Source: Oopsacas minuta
Taxonomy: Eukaryota; Animalia; Porifera
Length of the DNA: 64,000 bases
Reading direction: 5' to 3'
Assembly: GCA_024704765.1 (NCBI GenBank)
Contig: JAKMXF010000133.1
Coordinates: 1 to 64,000, forward strand
A program made the position numbers and the translations under genes. Numbering within the stretch: position 1 is the stretch's first letter; each line of letters begins with the position of its first letter. Of the stretch, positions 34,837-55,531 are shown in pieces. The notes below the pieces were generated by a model, which was not told the DNA's origin, did not search any database, and saw only the letters and a list, made by a program, of their open reading frames with translations.

Positions 34837-37830
34837 CAAACAATATTTTATTCATGGTTTTGTGTGTATTTTATTTATTATGATTTGTCACTTAATATTT
34901 GCAAATATTTGATTAAATTTGACTGATTTTCAGCTGTTTATTTCCGACGCCATTCTGCCACTTAATTGATTCCCGGATTAGTAATTTGTGTGACTTCCTG
35001 CCATCAGCTGTGCCACTTTATGCCTTATTTATTTGTAGAATAGATGACTTAGTAAGGTGTCAACAAATGTGAATCTAAATTTATCGTAGAATATGTTATA
35101 TGTGAATACCGATAGTGTGACTTCGTAACCATAGCAACGGCTTAACAATGCTACATATAAAACCACAACTGATTGGTCCACATGTCCTTATAAGGTGATA
35201 ATTCCGGTTAATTGTGTCCAGGAGGGGACCCCTTGTTTGGGTTCTCAGACTTGTCCTAATTATAGCCATTACGATGACACAATCGCGCCATTTCAAACAA
35301 AATATTTTTCACAGGTTTCCAAAATTTTCCTGATTATAGTTGGAGGCGACAAGTGTCAAGTGTGGCTTCTGCCTAGTGGCTTAGTGGCAGATATTATCGA
35401 AAGAAGGCTTACTTATATTGTGAACCTTTATGGCTAGAGTTTATCTAGCATTCCTATCTACATTACTCGTTACTAAGTTATCGATTACAGTTATTTGTCT
35501 ATTCTGAGATCAGTTATGATTATCCGAAGTACTGAATTGACCCCTGGGGGCGCATTAATTACAGGGTGCTATCTGGATTTAATCTATTCAATTGACCTAC
35601 TACTAACTTCTCAGATAGTTCCATTTGGAACTAATCCATAACACAATTTTCCACCTACACGAGAATTACGAAACGGTAATATCTTTACTTGTAAGATAAT
35701 ATCTCCATGACACCGAGCTATTCTGGAAGAAATATGTAAGAAAAATTGATTATTTAATAAATCCTTTTACATTCCAAGTTACAATTTCGTAACCAAGAAC
35801 CGTTATGATAGCTATTTTCAGAAGTGACATCTCTTGTCCCACAAATAGTGTCAGCTAAGTTGTGAGGTACGATTATGCTGATACCCAGAATATGCCACAA
35901 TTAATATAATTATATTCTTGTTTAATTCATTTATTTAATTATCAGATGTTATAGTTCCATATGGAACTAAGAGAATATGATTGTCTCCTGATAACGCTGT
36001 TACATACATAAACGTAGCATTCTTGAGCGATGTATTCGTTGCCAAGTAAAATATATGTGGTTACCCATGACATTCTGGACCAATTTCTGGTTGCTAACCA
36101 ATCGTTTTCGTAACATTCTTGCCTGTGCGTTAGTTGCTAGGGTAATATTTACGCGGGCAACCTCTCGGAATTCAGAATTCCTTAATATCAATTACTCCCA
36201 CTCCACCAATCAGATTGTAGTCTTGTTAATCTACATACCTTATTTGTTGCTATGGTAATCATGAAGAATGTTTGGGTGGATAATTATATTACCAATAATA
36301 AGCAATTTCAATTTCTTTGTTAGAAACTTTATATACATATTTTCACACATTTGGTTACAGTATCAGATGTAACCAAATGCTATTCAAGTTCCTATTAATG
36401 GTTTTATTTAGGCGCGAAAATCTGAATTTCTGAATACCTATTCTGTTGCTAGGTTGGTGGCTTACTATTCGCGTGGTTTCAGATGGTTTGAACTATTAAT
36501 TAATTAGTTCCATATTAAGATTGATACGTGTGCCACCTGACACTAATATGGTTAATAATTACAACACCTAATGTATATTACTAATCAATAAGAAATATGT
36601 ATTAGAGATCCTTAAAAGGTGTTTGTTTGTATTTATTATACTTCTGTAAACAGAATGATTGATCTAACAATATGCCACCTGCCACTAGTGCCACCATTCT
36701 TACATAAAATGTTAAGAATATTCTCTGTCCAATTGTACCTTACATATATGCACCAGTAGACATTTGCTTAGTAACGAATATATATTCAGGAATGTTATTA
36801 ACACTAACCGAATAACACCTGTTAGTAACTGATAAATGTGAACAATTATCTCCCGCCTATTTCTGCAAATCAGCTGATTATGCAAATGTGTAACTAAATT
36901 GGTTTTGCTTGACTACCAATAATGGTAGATGGTATTCCATGGTATTAACCAGTGATAGCATAAACTCTATGATCTCTGATTGGTCATCTTATCTGTGCCA
37001 TCTCTTACAGCACTAATTTGATTATAACTTACTGAGGATTATATGGGTCACAAGTGTCGCATATGTGTTGCCTATTAAGTAACCACTTTAAAGGGTTTAT
37101 GTGGCGGAGATAACTCAGAATTTGATTGGTTATCCAAATTAATTCATCAAGTAATTCGAAACCTTAATTCTATCGATTGGATACAATTACTAATTGTGGT
37201 ATAAAGCGGCACATGCGACACAATACACCTTGTGATACAACTAGGAATACTCGGGCTTCGTTTTCAACGAATTATGTCTCACCAATTATAGTAACAAAAG
37301 TTGTAATAATGAATTCCTTAAAAGGTGTTACTCTTAATATAAATAATGAATTGTTTGTTTGTTTGTTTATTGAATTTGTAAATTTATTGTTATTGTTTTA
37401 AGAGTATAAAGTAAACAAATTGATCAACTATCCATAAATGACTATATCCATATTTTCACACCTTTCGTATCCTCTAAGGAACCTCAATTTGGAACTAAGA
37501 GTTTATAAGTCATCTTATTATTGGTGACATAATTACCGACACATTTATCGCCTGTTAGATAATTATTATTATTGTGACATAGCCTGTGTTAGGATAGCAT
37601 TCTTAATAGTTACACTATTCAATGTATATGTTATGTGGATAAGGGATAATACCATTTTGTGTCGAGTTAACACCTCAAGGATTGAGTGACAGAACCACTT
37701 CACACCTATTTATTACTCAGCTATACTTTCTACTAATTGTGTCGCTACAAACTAACCGACACTATATGTAAATAAACTTATTAACTTCTCTCATAGCTGT
37801 GACACAATTAGGACATAATTCACACCTAAG

Positions 37831-45426
<7,596 letters not shown>

Positions 45427-46020
45427 AAAGTGGCATAAATGTGTCGCATTAGTGGCAGATGGATTTTCTCAGAAGTCTGTTTTGAATAATTAAACATAAT
45501 CTATGTGTATATAGTGATGGGATAAAATAGAATGTACAATAATCACATTCTAATGGTTACTATGGTTACATGTAAATTTTACGAAAATATGTGAAAATCT
45601 TAAAACCCCGCATTTGATTGGGTCGAGGATAAGGTGTGAATTTCTACATATACATATGTGACCCTATTAAGCTAATATATTAAATTACCTGTTACCTTAG
45701 CAACGAAATTGAGCTCAAATATTTCCAATTTCAATGAAATACGATAGTAATTCTGTATATAAGAGACTAATGCATTGCCTAGCAACCAAATATCCATCAA
45801 ATATGCTTACTTGTGGTATACTATTTGGTTAGCTTTTCTTCTATAGCTACAATAATGGTAGCTTGGAATGTGTATTATATATTGGGGTATACATATACAT
45901 TCCTTATTTGGTATTGGTAACCATGGATACATAACATTAAACCATACAGACTCGGTAATTAAGGAACATATCGTAAATATAACTGGGGGAACTAACTATT
46001 CTAATATGGAACTATAGGTG

Positions 46021-46335
46021 TTAAGTTTTCTTATCAAGATTGCTTAGTTCCTTTTTCTGCTCTTTGAGACTTTTTTTGAGCGCCACAATTCTCTCCTCAG
46101 ATTTTGCTATCTCTTCTTGAAGATGTTCGGCCGATTCTTCTTTCAGCTGTCTCAATTGTTTCAGCTGTTCCCGCTCAAGTTTCTTAAAATAGACATTTTC
46201 CTCAGCTGCCTCTATCTCACTGAACTTTCCCCCTCCGCCCCTGATTGACCCAGCTGGAGGGTCTCTACCCGCACTTGAGAGAGCGCGGAATTGTGCCACA
46301 GAGAGTGGTACACGGATGGCGCGGAATAGCGACAT
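46021..46335 (-). CDS. ATP5IF1: Mitochondrial ATPase inhibitor IF1, intronless
   Basis: GSIRGGGGKFSEIEAAEENVYFKKLEREQLKQL followed by a coiled coil; presequence-like N-terminus. Confidence 0.92.
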   Translation of the reverse strand: MSLFRAIRVPLSVAQFRALSSAGRDPPAGSIRGGGGKFSEIEAAEENVYFKKLEREQLKQLRQLKEESAEHLQEEIAKSEERIVALKKSLKEQKKELSNLDKKT

Positions 46336-46435
46336 AATTGCTAATAAAAGTGTAAATATAATTATATGATAAAGGTGTTATAATATGTAAATAACCTAAA
46401 ACAAACAAATAAACAAATTAGTTCTATTTATAGAA

Positions 46436-47323
46436 TCACATAACAGATGTTACAGCTTTACGTCTGTTATTCTCTGACACGACTAACCAATCAGATTCCT
46501 TCAAATTCTCAATACTCTTAACTATAACTTCCTTAGCTTTGCCGCCATTTACTTTAAGAACTTTTAACACATTTTCAACTGTGACACTTTCTGTGCCATC
46601 TCTCCAACAATCGTAGTCAGTTGGTAGTGCTAATGCTGCATAGCTCATACCCAATTCGGTTGCTAAGGTAACCTCAGGTACTGTGGTCATATTTATCACA
46701 TCACAGTTCCAGTTTTGGTATAATTTTGATTCTGCTTTTGTTGAAAATCTTGGTCCCTCTATCGTAACAACGGTACCTGTCTTCAGGAATTTGTATCCTA
46801 GCTGGGTACAGGATTGGGATAGAATGTGTCGCGTGTGGTGGCAGAAGGGTTCAGCCATTGGAATATGGCACACACCTAAATGACGAGATCAAATAATTGT
46901 TTGATTAATAATATGAATAATTCTAACACCTTCATATATGTCAGTCGTTCCATCATAGAATGTGGAGTGTCTCTTGGTGGTTCTATCAATAAACTGGTCT
47001 AGCACCACTAACACCTCTCCAGGGACAATTTCCTCTCTCAGTGAGCCACATGCTGTAGTGGCTAGCAAATGTGTACACCCGACACTTTTAAGGGCGTGAA
47101 TATTGGCACGAAATGGCACGTGTGTTGGACTAATTTCATGTTTAAGTCCGTGCCTTAACAACAGGACACATGGCACACCACTTATCGTGCCATTTATAAG
47201 TGGCGCAGAAGTGGCACCAAAAGGTGTCGGTACATTCAGTTCCTGTCTGTCTGTCAAAATGAGAGGATCATCAAAACCTGTGCCACCAATTATACCAACT
47301 TTAAGAGCCATTTTATCTGCCAT
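46436..47323 (-). CDS. MTAP: S-methyl-5'-thioadenosine phosphorylase, 2 exons
   Basis: KVGIIGGTG; [10 protein letters not shown]; TACGSLREE; [12 protein letters not shown]; [12 protein letters not shown]; TDYDCWR. Confidence 0.96.
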
Positions 47324-47455
47324 ACTTCACCTTAGCAACTAGTTTATAGGCTAGTTATGTATTATCCCTATTCCACTAATTGATTAGAAATATATAAATA
47401 GTTATTGATTTATGAATATTTCCACTTAAAACCACTTCTAAGCCACTGTGACACA

Positions 47456-50400
47456 ATGGAAGAATACAAAGAATGTATCAAAGGTTTGTTTGTTTGTTTG
47501 TTTGTTTGTATACTAATATGATTTTGGTAAACTGATAGCCATTCGATTTATTTGATTAGAATTAGTACACCACTTGTATTCTGGAACTATAGAAGTGTTA
47601 AAGTTCTATATGAATATAAAATACACAGTAACCAAAGAATACTGACACAATATTATAATTGTTTAAATACCCACAAATTATGTCACAAACCACTTTAAAC
47701 AACACAGACCATTTGTTTAATAAATGTCCGTAACATTCCTTATATTATCATAGCAACCGAACTACTGTAAAGGAATTCATACATCTCTCCCTGGTAACAC
47801 AAGGGCTTTCCTCTGTCCACTTGTCTAAATTATGAAATTACAATTCAGCAATATGTGCCACTACGTGTACCACTTCTATAGATTATTAATATGGAACTAA
47901 TTACACCATAATTGAGTAATATAATATGCTATATGATACAGGGCGGGCTTATACCAGCCTATATGTAAGAGGTTGTTCCTAAACAGATAGTAATTGAATT
48001 AAGGATTATATTACGATTTTATAGCAAAAATTCTTCTTTGATTCACCAGCAAAACTGTGCTGTATACTGGTACGATTATCATTGTATATTTCTACCGTTG
48101 CCATGGATACATAAGAATTGTAATGACATAACTAACTAATAAGATTTTCAGAAAATAAGCGCCGAATAAATTATCAATCCATATTTCTACCGTTGCCATG
48201 GATACATAAGAATTGTAATGGTAAATAACTAACCAATAAGATTTTAGAAAATAAGCGCCAAATCTTCGAGTTATGTTTAATCTGGAACCAATGGGTTAAG
48301 ATGCCATTTGATTGGTTAGATACACAAATAGCGAGCTGTTGTTAAATAAAAGATATATTTACATATTTTAAGATGACCACATGGTATTATAGTTCCATAT
48401 TATAACACCTAAATGTGAATATTAACATAATCTTTCATTTCTAGATCGGCTATATTTCGCTAGTTTACGCGCCAGACCAAACAACAACAGAACTTACCAT
48501 TTCTTCTCCATTGATGATGAGCTTGTTTATGAGCCGTGAGTTTAGTTCCAATTAGAACTAAGCATAAATTCTTTGTTTACAGTTATTGTTTTTAGGTTTT
48601 ACGCAGATTTTGGACCTTTCAATCTAGCGATGGTTTACAAATATTGCATGAAAATACAACAAAAACTAAACGTAGGTTAATCGAATTTAGCATATTTACA
48701 TTCCTTAGATGGTAACATAGTAACGTGGTTTGGAATTTGTATTTTAGAATCCCGCCCTCTCCCGCATGAAGTTGGTACATTACACCTCATTTGATAACAG
48801 GAGGAGAGCCAATTCCTTGTTCCTTATTGGTTCATATTTGGTAAGTAATTGGAACTATGTAACCATGGTAACGATAGTTATGTGTGTTATTTATAGATAT
48901 TATACTGCAACTATACAGCTGAGGAGGCATTCCAGCCATTTAACACTTTTACTTTACAACCATTCAGGTAAACAGGTGTTTGTTTGTTTGTTTGTTTGTT
49001 TGTTTGTTTGTTTACTTTATGAATATTTTAGAGATGCATCATACGGGCCTTGTATGTTTAATCTAACACTTCTTCCTTGTTTACAAGCTATACAAAAGGT
49101 AAACAACAACAAAACCCTAAATCTACAATAACTAATACCTTGTTTTATAGGCTAAGAGGCTAGGTTTCCTAGACTTTGACACCTTTGATGTGAAAGAGTA
49201 TGAATATTACGAGGTGTGATGTGTTTAATCAGTTGTCATATTTTAGTAACTATTCTTATAAATTTTATTTCTTAGAAAGTAGAAAACGGAGATTTTAATT
49301 GGCTAATTCCAGGTGAGTGTATGTGTAATCAGAAATCTTAATTAAGGTGTTACTAGATTATAGTTCCAATTGCAACTATAGATTATATCCATCTGTAACA
49401 GGCACAAACTAACAGCCAATCAAATAATTGGATGTTAAGCGTATTATCGATATGGCGCCTAATTAAAATATAATGAGCTAATCATCAAGAATTATGTCAT
49501 GCATTCCAGTGTCATATCTCCGTTGCTAGGGACACAAGGACCAATTTTATTAATGGTTCATTTTAGGGAAATTCCTATCTTTCTGTGGCCCTCACAACAA
49601 AAGCAAAATTGACAATGGTTAGTTACGAAACATGTCATTAGGAATGTGTGTGTATTATCTGTTCTATTTTTAGGTTATCCTCTACATTCCCCAGAAACAT
49701 ACTTTGCATATTTCAGGAAGCATTCCGTAACTAACGTAGTTAGGTTAAATAGGAAGTTCTATGAGGCTAAGAGATTCACAGACGCCGGATTTGAACATGC
49801 AGACCTATTTTTCATTGACGGGAGTACCCCTCCTGAACATATACTCACGTGAGTGCCACTTTATGCCACTTCACACCTATTAGATATTGAATCTGAATAC
49901 ATTATTATTTTCACACTTTTAGAGAGTTTTTAACAATCGCAGAGAACGCAAAAGGTGGCATAGCAGTGCACTGTAAAGGTTAGAATACCGCGACACAATT
50001 GTGCCACTTATTTAACCACTTTCTGCCACTTTAGCTGGACTAGGTAGAACTGGGACATTAATTTGTTGCTATATGATGAAGCACTATGGATTCACAGCTG
50101 TAGAGGCGATAGCATGGGCAAGGTAACATTCCTATCTATCACTTGTGTAACTATGTAATTAACCAATCAGATTGTTCGTAGGATATGCAGACCTGGATCT
50201 GTGATTGGTCCACAACAGCTGTATTTGATTGAGTGAGTATATTCATATTTTAGCACCTTTAGTTCCATATTATATTAATTAAATTTAGGAAACAAGATAG
50301 TTTGTGGAGAGAAGGTGAGAAATCAAGAATGACACAATTCAAAAGTGGCACAGAGCCACTTAGCGAGGTGACAAATATGGATTGTGTTACAACTGAGAGG

Positions 50401-51144
50401 ACACAATCTCTGCCACAAAGATTCCAGAAGGTTTTACAAATGAATGACACAAATTCTAAACACGCGACACATCCTGCTGTTTTAACACCTTCCACTGCCC
50501 ATCTGCCACTTTCTAGGACACAACACAGATTCCAAAGACCCCTCTCCGTTGTTGTGGAGAAAGTTAGCCCAAAAACACTTTTAGGTGAGTATTAATCATA
50601 TGAATATAAGCGACACAATTTTGAATATTTATATTTAGAACAATCTCGTAACAAATCAGTCACAACCCTATGCGACACAATGCCACTTACAAAACAAGTA
50701 ACACCTCCTAGCGGACACATTCCGACACATTTCCTCCTGTTACAAGATGAGAACAGAATACCATCTGTGCCACTAAAAAGTGGCACACAAGGAGACCACC
50801 TTAACATGATTAAAGCTACCAGAGCCCTGAGGAAATCTAAATCAGATTCTGATTCATATTATACTTCTATTAGGGATACTTCCAGTTCCAAAACCAACAG
50901 GTATTTTACATGTGTATCATCAGTATGTTATCCATGGTCCAAATATTGTACTCATCAGAGCAGCCGTGTTATATTGTTATCCATGGTCCAAATATTGTAC
51001 TCATCAGAGCAGCCGTGTTATATTGTTATCCATGGTTCAAATATTGTACTCATCAGAGCAGCCGTGTTATATTGTTATCCATGGTTCAAATATTGTACTC
51101 ATCAGAGCAGCCGTGTTATATTGTTATCCATGGTTCCATATTAA
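47456..51144 (+). CDS. CDC14: CDC14 dual-specificity phosphatase, many small exons; 3' end unresolved
   Basis: Micro-exon MEEYKECIK splices to DRLYF...[11 protein letters not shown]|[11 protein letters not shown]; [10 protein letters not shown]; [10 protein letters not shown]; [18 protein letters not shown]; [12 protein letters not shown]. Confidence 0.9.
48086..48259. promoter_or_regulatory. Tandem duplication (~78 bp, 95-bp spacing) carrying RFX X-box-like motifs in CDC14 intron 1
   Basis: GTTGCCATGGATAC at 48097-48110 and 48192-48205; the reverse complement GTATCCATGGCAAC fits the X-box consensus GTHNYY-AT-RRNAAC. Confidence 0.5.
50918..51138. repeat. 49-bp minisatellite, about 4.5 copies
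   Basis: TCATCAGAGCAGCCGTGTTATATTGTTATCCATGGTTCAAATATTGTAC starting at 50952, 51001, 51050 and 51099. Confidence 0.95.
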
Positions 51145-51226
51145 CATAATACACTAATTTAATTATAGCAAAATATAACTGGTAAACAAATAAACTAAGT
51201 TGTTGATGTTTGTTTGTTTGTTTACA

Positions 51227-53058
51227 TCAAAACAAAGATTCGAACCTCTCAACCTGATCCATGGTGTCGAGGTGTCGCTTGGCTAAAACTGACCACTTAT
51301 CTCTGCTACTTCGCTTTTTAACTTCCGTTACAATATTAGCCAACGAGATTGTGTCTTTCTTAAAAAAGTGTCTGATGGTTTTATATTTTGTGTCACAGTA
51401 AAGTCTGGTTTGTGTCCTCTTCAAAATGTGTCCTTTCTCCAGATGGTGCTGATATCTACATAGTTCCATATTATAACACCTATTTTGTTAATATTATAAT
51501 TAACTTACGAAAGTGGTTTAACAAATGTGTCGCCACATTCTTGACAATGAAATCTGTTATAATATTCATAAAATTCTCTCTCATTCGTCCAATCAGAATT
51601 ACGGAATTTATTCATAAAAGTGGCGTGTGAATATTTAATATGTGTCACTAATGTGTCGAATAGCAAATATCTCCTGCCACATATCTCACACATTGGAGTT
51701 GTGTTCAGGATTTGTTTGTGTTTGTATTTTGGCCAATGTTTGTGTCGGATATGTGATTTTACAGCTAATGTGGTTTTATATTTTGCGATACAATATGGAC
51801 ACGACACAAAGTGTCGCTCCGACACAAATGGCCCCTCGCTGTCACTATCTTCAGATTGTGTCGCTTCAAGTGGTTTCAATTTCACACCTTTGAATGGTCT
51901 CACTTCTTTGTTCCTCTTCTTTCTAACCATTAGCTAATATCAAAATAACAACAAATTAGTCCCATTTTATAACACCTAATCATTAAAATAAAGTATCAAA
52001 ATCCTCTATAGTTTCAGTTTCAGTTTCCTTCTTGCTAACCTCTGCCACTTCAGGTAGTGTCACTTTGTCACCTCTTCTATATACCATAATAGGTCTTACG
52101 TCATACTCTCTGTCAATATTTGTAGACTTTGTATTAAGTTCCGTTAACACCTTTCTAATATCTCTCTCTAGTCTGTAAATCATAATCCTGTCTTTCTTTT
52201 TGTTGTAATCTAAACGACAAATTATACAGAATTTGCCGGGTGTAAGAATATTCCGGTTATATGAATATGCCGGTTATATGAATATTCCGGGTGTAAGAAT
52301 ATTCCGGTTATATGAATATGCCGGGTGTAAGAATATTCCGGTTATATGAATATGCCGGGTGTAAGAATATTCCGGTTATATGAATATGCCGGGTGTAAGA
52401 ATATTCCGGTTATATGAATATGCCGGGTGTAAGAATATTCCGGTTATATGAATATGCCGGGTGTAAGAATATTCCGGTTATATGAATATGCCGGGTGTAA
52501 GAATATTCCGGTTATATGAATATTCCGGTTATATGAATATTCCGGTTATATGAATATTCCGGTTATATGAACACTGGTTATACAATAGATGCCGGTTATG
52601 AAAACATTATGTCCAGTTCCCGATGATGCTCTTATAACCGGCATTCACTTAGTTCCAGTTGTTATCACCTATAACTTACAAGCAGAACTTAAGTATACAA
52701 ACTCTCTCCTCTCCTCATCTAGTGTAGATACCATTAACTTTATTAATTCTAATGGATGGCTATTTTTTGAATGTTCACACAATTGTATTCTGTTGTTGCC
52801 AATATAGTTACACATGGGACAATATTCCCTTCTTCCCCAGGTGGTCCTCTGAAATGTGCCACTCTTCTTAAAAGTGGGATTGTGTCGCACCTTCGTGTGG
52901 AGTGTTAAGTCTGATTTCTTTGTATATCTAAAGTGGCAGATGGCACAAATGTGTCGGTATTTGATAAGGGAGATTGGCCTTGAGGGTTGAAATGGTAATA
53001 GGACACTTTTAGGTGGTTTAAGTGGACGACACTTTCCAAAATCTAGAATATCAGTCAT
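51227..53058 (-). CDS. Multi-C2H2 zinc-finger protein, about 4 exons
   Basis: CAICHFRY...LHTKVRH; CPMCNY...CEHSKNSH; CPYCIAKY...SHIRHKH; CEICGRRY...THIKYSH; CQECGDTF...HHLEKGH. Confidence 0.8.
52236..52649. mobile_element. MITE remnant whose 17-bp subterminal unit has expanded into a 34-bp (17+17) minisatellite, in a zinc-finger gene intron
   Basis: (GCCGGGTGTAAGAATAT TCCGGTTATATGAATAT)n over 52236-52570; terminus CTTATAACCGGCATTCACT resembles that at 945-968. Confidence 0.75.
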
Positions 53059-53206
53059 CTCGTTGGTTACTGAAAAAAGAATTTAATAGTCACACAGAGT
53101 TTCTGTTAACAGACCTCAGAGGGTCCAATTGTGCCCCTTATAATATTCCCCACTATATGTATATATCTTAGTTCCATATTGAACCATACTCTCTTCTAGA
53201 CCGGAA

Positions 53207-54111
53207 ATGACACCAACTCACAAATCAAAGCCCAGAAGCTCTTTCATATTCAAGTAAGAACTATATTTCCTTCTATATGTACATATGATAATCATTACAG
53301 TTCCATATTGTATCTATAGAACTAATTCATGGCATCCAGACAGTGTCACACAACACAAGCTTAAAGTAACACCTACATTCCTGCCATCTAACACCTCAAC
53401 TAAACCCTCTGGATTCATCAGACAGAAATATACTGGTGCCCATACATATCAATTGTAATTAATACTATCACCTCCATCAATAGTTTAGTGGTTGTTATGG
53501 TGATCATAAATATGTACACACCTTGTTATCACATGCCATTACATCCATAGATACGAAAACGCGTGGAAGGAATTCTTATACAGTCGACTCCGGTTAATCG
53601 GACCACTTTTGTCCAGAGTAAAGTGGTCCGATTATCCGGAGTGTCCGATTAACCGAAAAATGTTAAATATTAATCCTGGATTGGATTAGATTCCGTCCAG
53701 GAGAAAATGGCCCGAGTAACCGAATTGTCCGATTAACCAGTGGTCCGATTAACCGGTGGTCCGATTAACCAGTGGTCCGATTAACCAGTGGTCCGATTAA
53801 CCAGTGGTCCGATTAACCAGTGGTCCGATTAACCGGAGTCGACTGTATAAGCAAGCGATTCCAACTCGTGGACCCCCTGTGTGCCAATTTGACACATTCC
53901 GTCAACACCTCCCATATGTACCACAGGTTATAAATTCTCACACAAATCTCCATATCTCATGCTCGATTTGGTAACTATGCATCCATTTATCAGTGTTATG
54001 AATTGTTTACTTATTTATTTGTTTGTTTGTAGGAGATCGTCTACAGTCTATAATGAGTCATTCACTCGTCTACGCAAAAGTAATACCAAATTTAACACCT
54101 TTAATATTTAG
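53207..54111 (+). CDS. Candidate small basic protein (~95 aa), spliced, interrupted by a MITE
   Basis: Hand-built exons 53207-53253, 53320-53365, 53551-53582, 53852-53926 and 54033-54111 with GT-AG junctions in compatible phases; TTTG-tract acceptor at 54032; head-to-head with the zinc-finger gene; no recognised homology. Confidence 0.35.
53581..53845. mobile_element. Intact MITE, pogo/Tc1-mariner type, with 27-bp perfect TIRs and TA (or TATA) flanks
   Basis: CAGTCGACTCCGGTTAATCGGACCACT ... AGTGGTCCGATTAACCGGAGTCGACTG; TATA on both sides; seven 16-bp AGTGGTCCGATTAACC-type units at the right end. Confidence 0.92.
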
Positions 54112-54687
54112 CTAAACAACAACAACCTTTCACAGATGTGTATATTCTTATTTACATGTAATTAATCATATTTATCATATTTTAGATTTATTTTAGAGTT
54201 CTTATATTATTTACTATTTTACTTTTGATGTAAATTTAATGTACTTTTCAAATAAACATATTCTAACACCTATTTTGTGACGCTAATTGACAAGTGGAGG
54301 AGTGACGGTTGTAGTATAAATGTGTCCTGTTTATCATCATACCCCATTGGGTAATTAATCCGACACAATTGTGTCACAATGCCACTTTTAAAATACTGTT
54401 TCATTCAAACTTTAATTCACTTTTAATTAGCAAATAACAAAAATTTGGCATTACGTAGGAGGTGATTATTGTTATTGTTATTGTTATTATAATAAAGGAA
54501 GCTTAAGTTTTCCGGAGTTACCCTTCTTTCGTACACTAGTCTGCTTAAAGGGGTAACATCTGCACCCAAGAAGGCCAACATTATTTGTAATATTCGTAGT
54601 TTATATTACCCGTAATGTAATGTGGATTAAAATATGTTTCGTTTATAGAAAATAGCTTTGATTTACAAATTCTGGATAAGAAATTCT

Positions 54688-55413
54688 TTATAAGCGCTCC
54701 CCCACTAGAAATTTTAGTACTCCTCTGGTAGTAGGTGCTTGTACTTTGCATCCCCTCTTCTCGGTGACTTGATTGACCGTGGGTGTACTATTGAACCTCT
54801 TGATGGGGACAGTCCTCTTTCGGTAGGAGGTCCCCTCTAAACCAGAACCTTCGTCCTTCCGACCGAACTCATCTCTGTAAAATTGTAAAGTTTGTGTCTT
54901 TTCGTTCAAGGACTTTTCCATTTCTGAATTCTCAGTTTTGAGTTGACTCTTTTCTATTTTTAGCGATTTTACTTCACACTCCAGGTCTTCCATTCTATCC
55001 TGAATTTTGGGTCGCCGCTCGGAGCGGGCTAACTCCTCCTGGATCTGTGATTTTTCGCCCAATATTTTCTTCGTCATAATCTTCTGACTTTCAATTATTA
55101 ATTTAAGATTTTTTATTTCAGCTGACAGCTCAGAATTTATGTCACATTCTTTCTTCCAATTTTTAAACATTTGTTCATAAGAATCCCGCATTCCTAAAAT
55201 GACCACTTGTGCTTGATCGAACACATTCGCGTATTCATTGCCTTGTTTCAGGATTGTGATCCTCCTTCGGCTCAAATTGGACTCGGATTGGGTGGGTTGA
55301 GGGGTACTTCCTTGTTCCAGAGATACCACAAGTGACTTCTGGAATTCGTCATCTTTGGGAACGAATTCTATTGAGGAGCAGAGAGCTGCTTGTTCACTTT
55401 CTGAATGGTGCAT
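54688..55413 (-). CDS. Intronless coiled-coil protein of unknown function (241 aa)
   Basis: Uninterrupted ORF in AT-rich DNA; heptad-like E/K/L-rich centre; no family recognised. Confidence 0.6.
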   Translation of the reverse strand: MHHSESEQAALCSSIEFVPKDDEFQKSLVVSLEQGSTPQPTQSESNLSRRRITILKQGNEYANVFDQAQVVILGMRDSYEQMFKNWKKECDINSELSAEIKNLKLIIESQKIMTKKILGEKSQIQEELARSERRPKIQDRMEDLECEVKSLKIEKSQLKTENSEMEKSLNEKTQTLQFYRDEFGRKDEGSGLEGTSYRKRTVPIKRFNSTPTVNQVTEKRGCKVQAPTTRGVLKFLVGERL

Positions 55414-55517
55414 TTTGAGTTTTATTCTTTAATTAGTTCCGATTTACTATTCTGTAGTTCCAAATTACTTTAATTTATAGATCCACTTCTTGTGGATAAG
55501 TTCACATACTTGGGGGC

Positions 55518-55531
55518 GTAACCATAGCAAC
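55518..55531. promoter_or_regulatory. RFX X-box-like motif ~105 bp upstream of the coiled-coil ORF
   Basis: GTAACCATAGCAAC matches the X-box consensus, but similar words also occur in introns and exons of this window. Confidence 0.35.
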
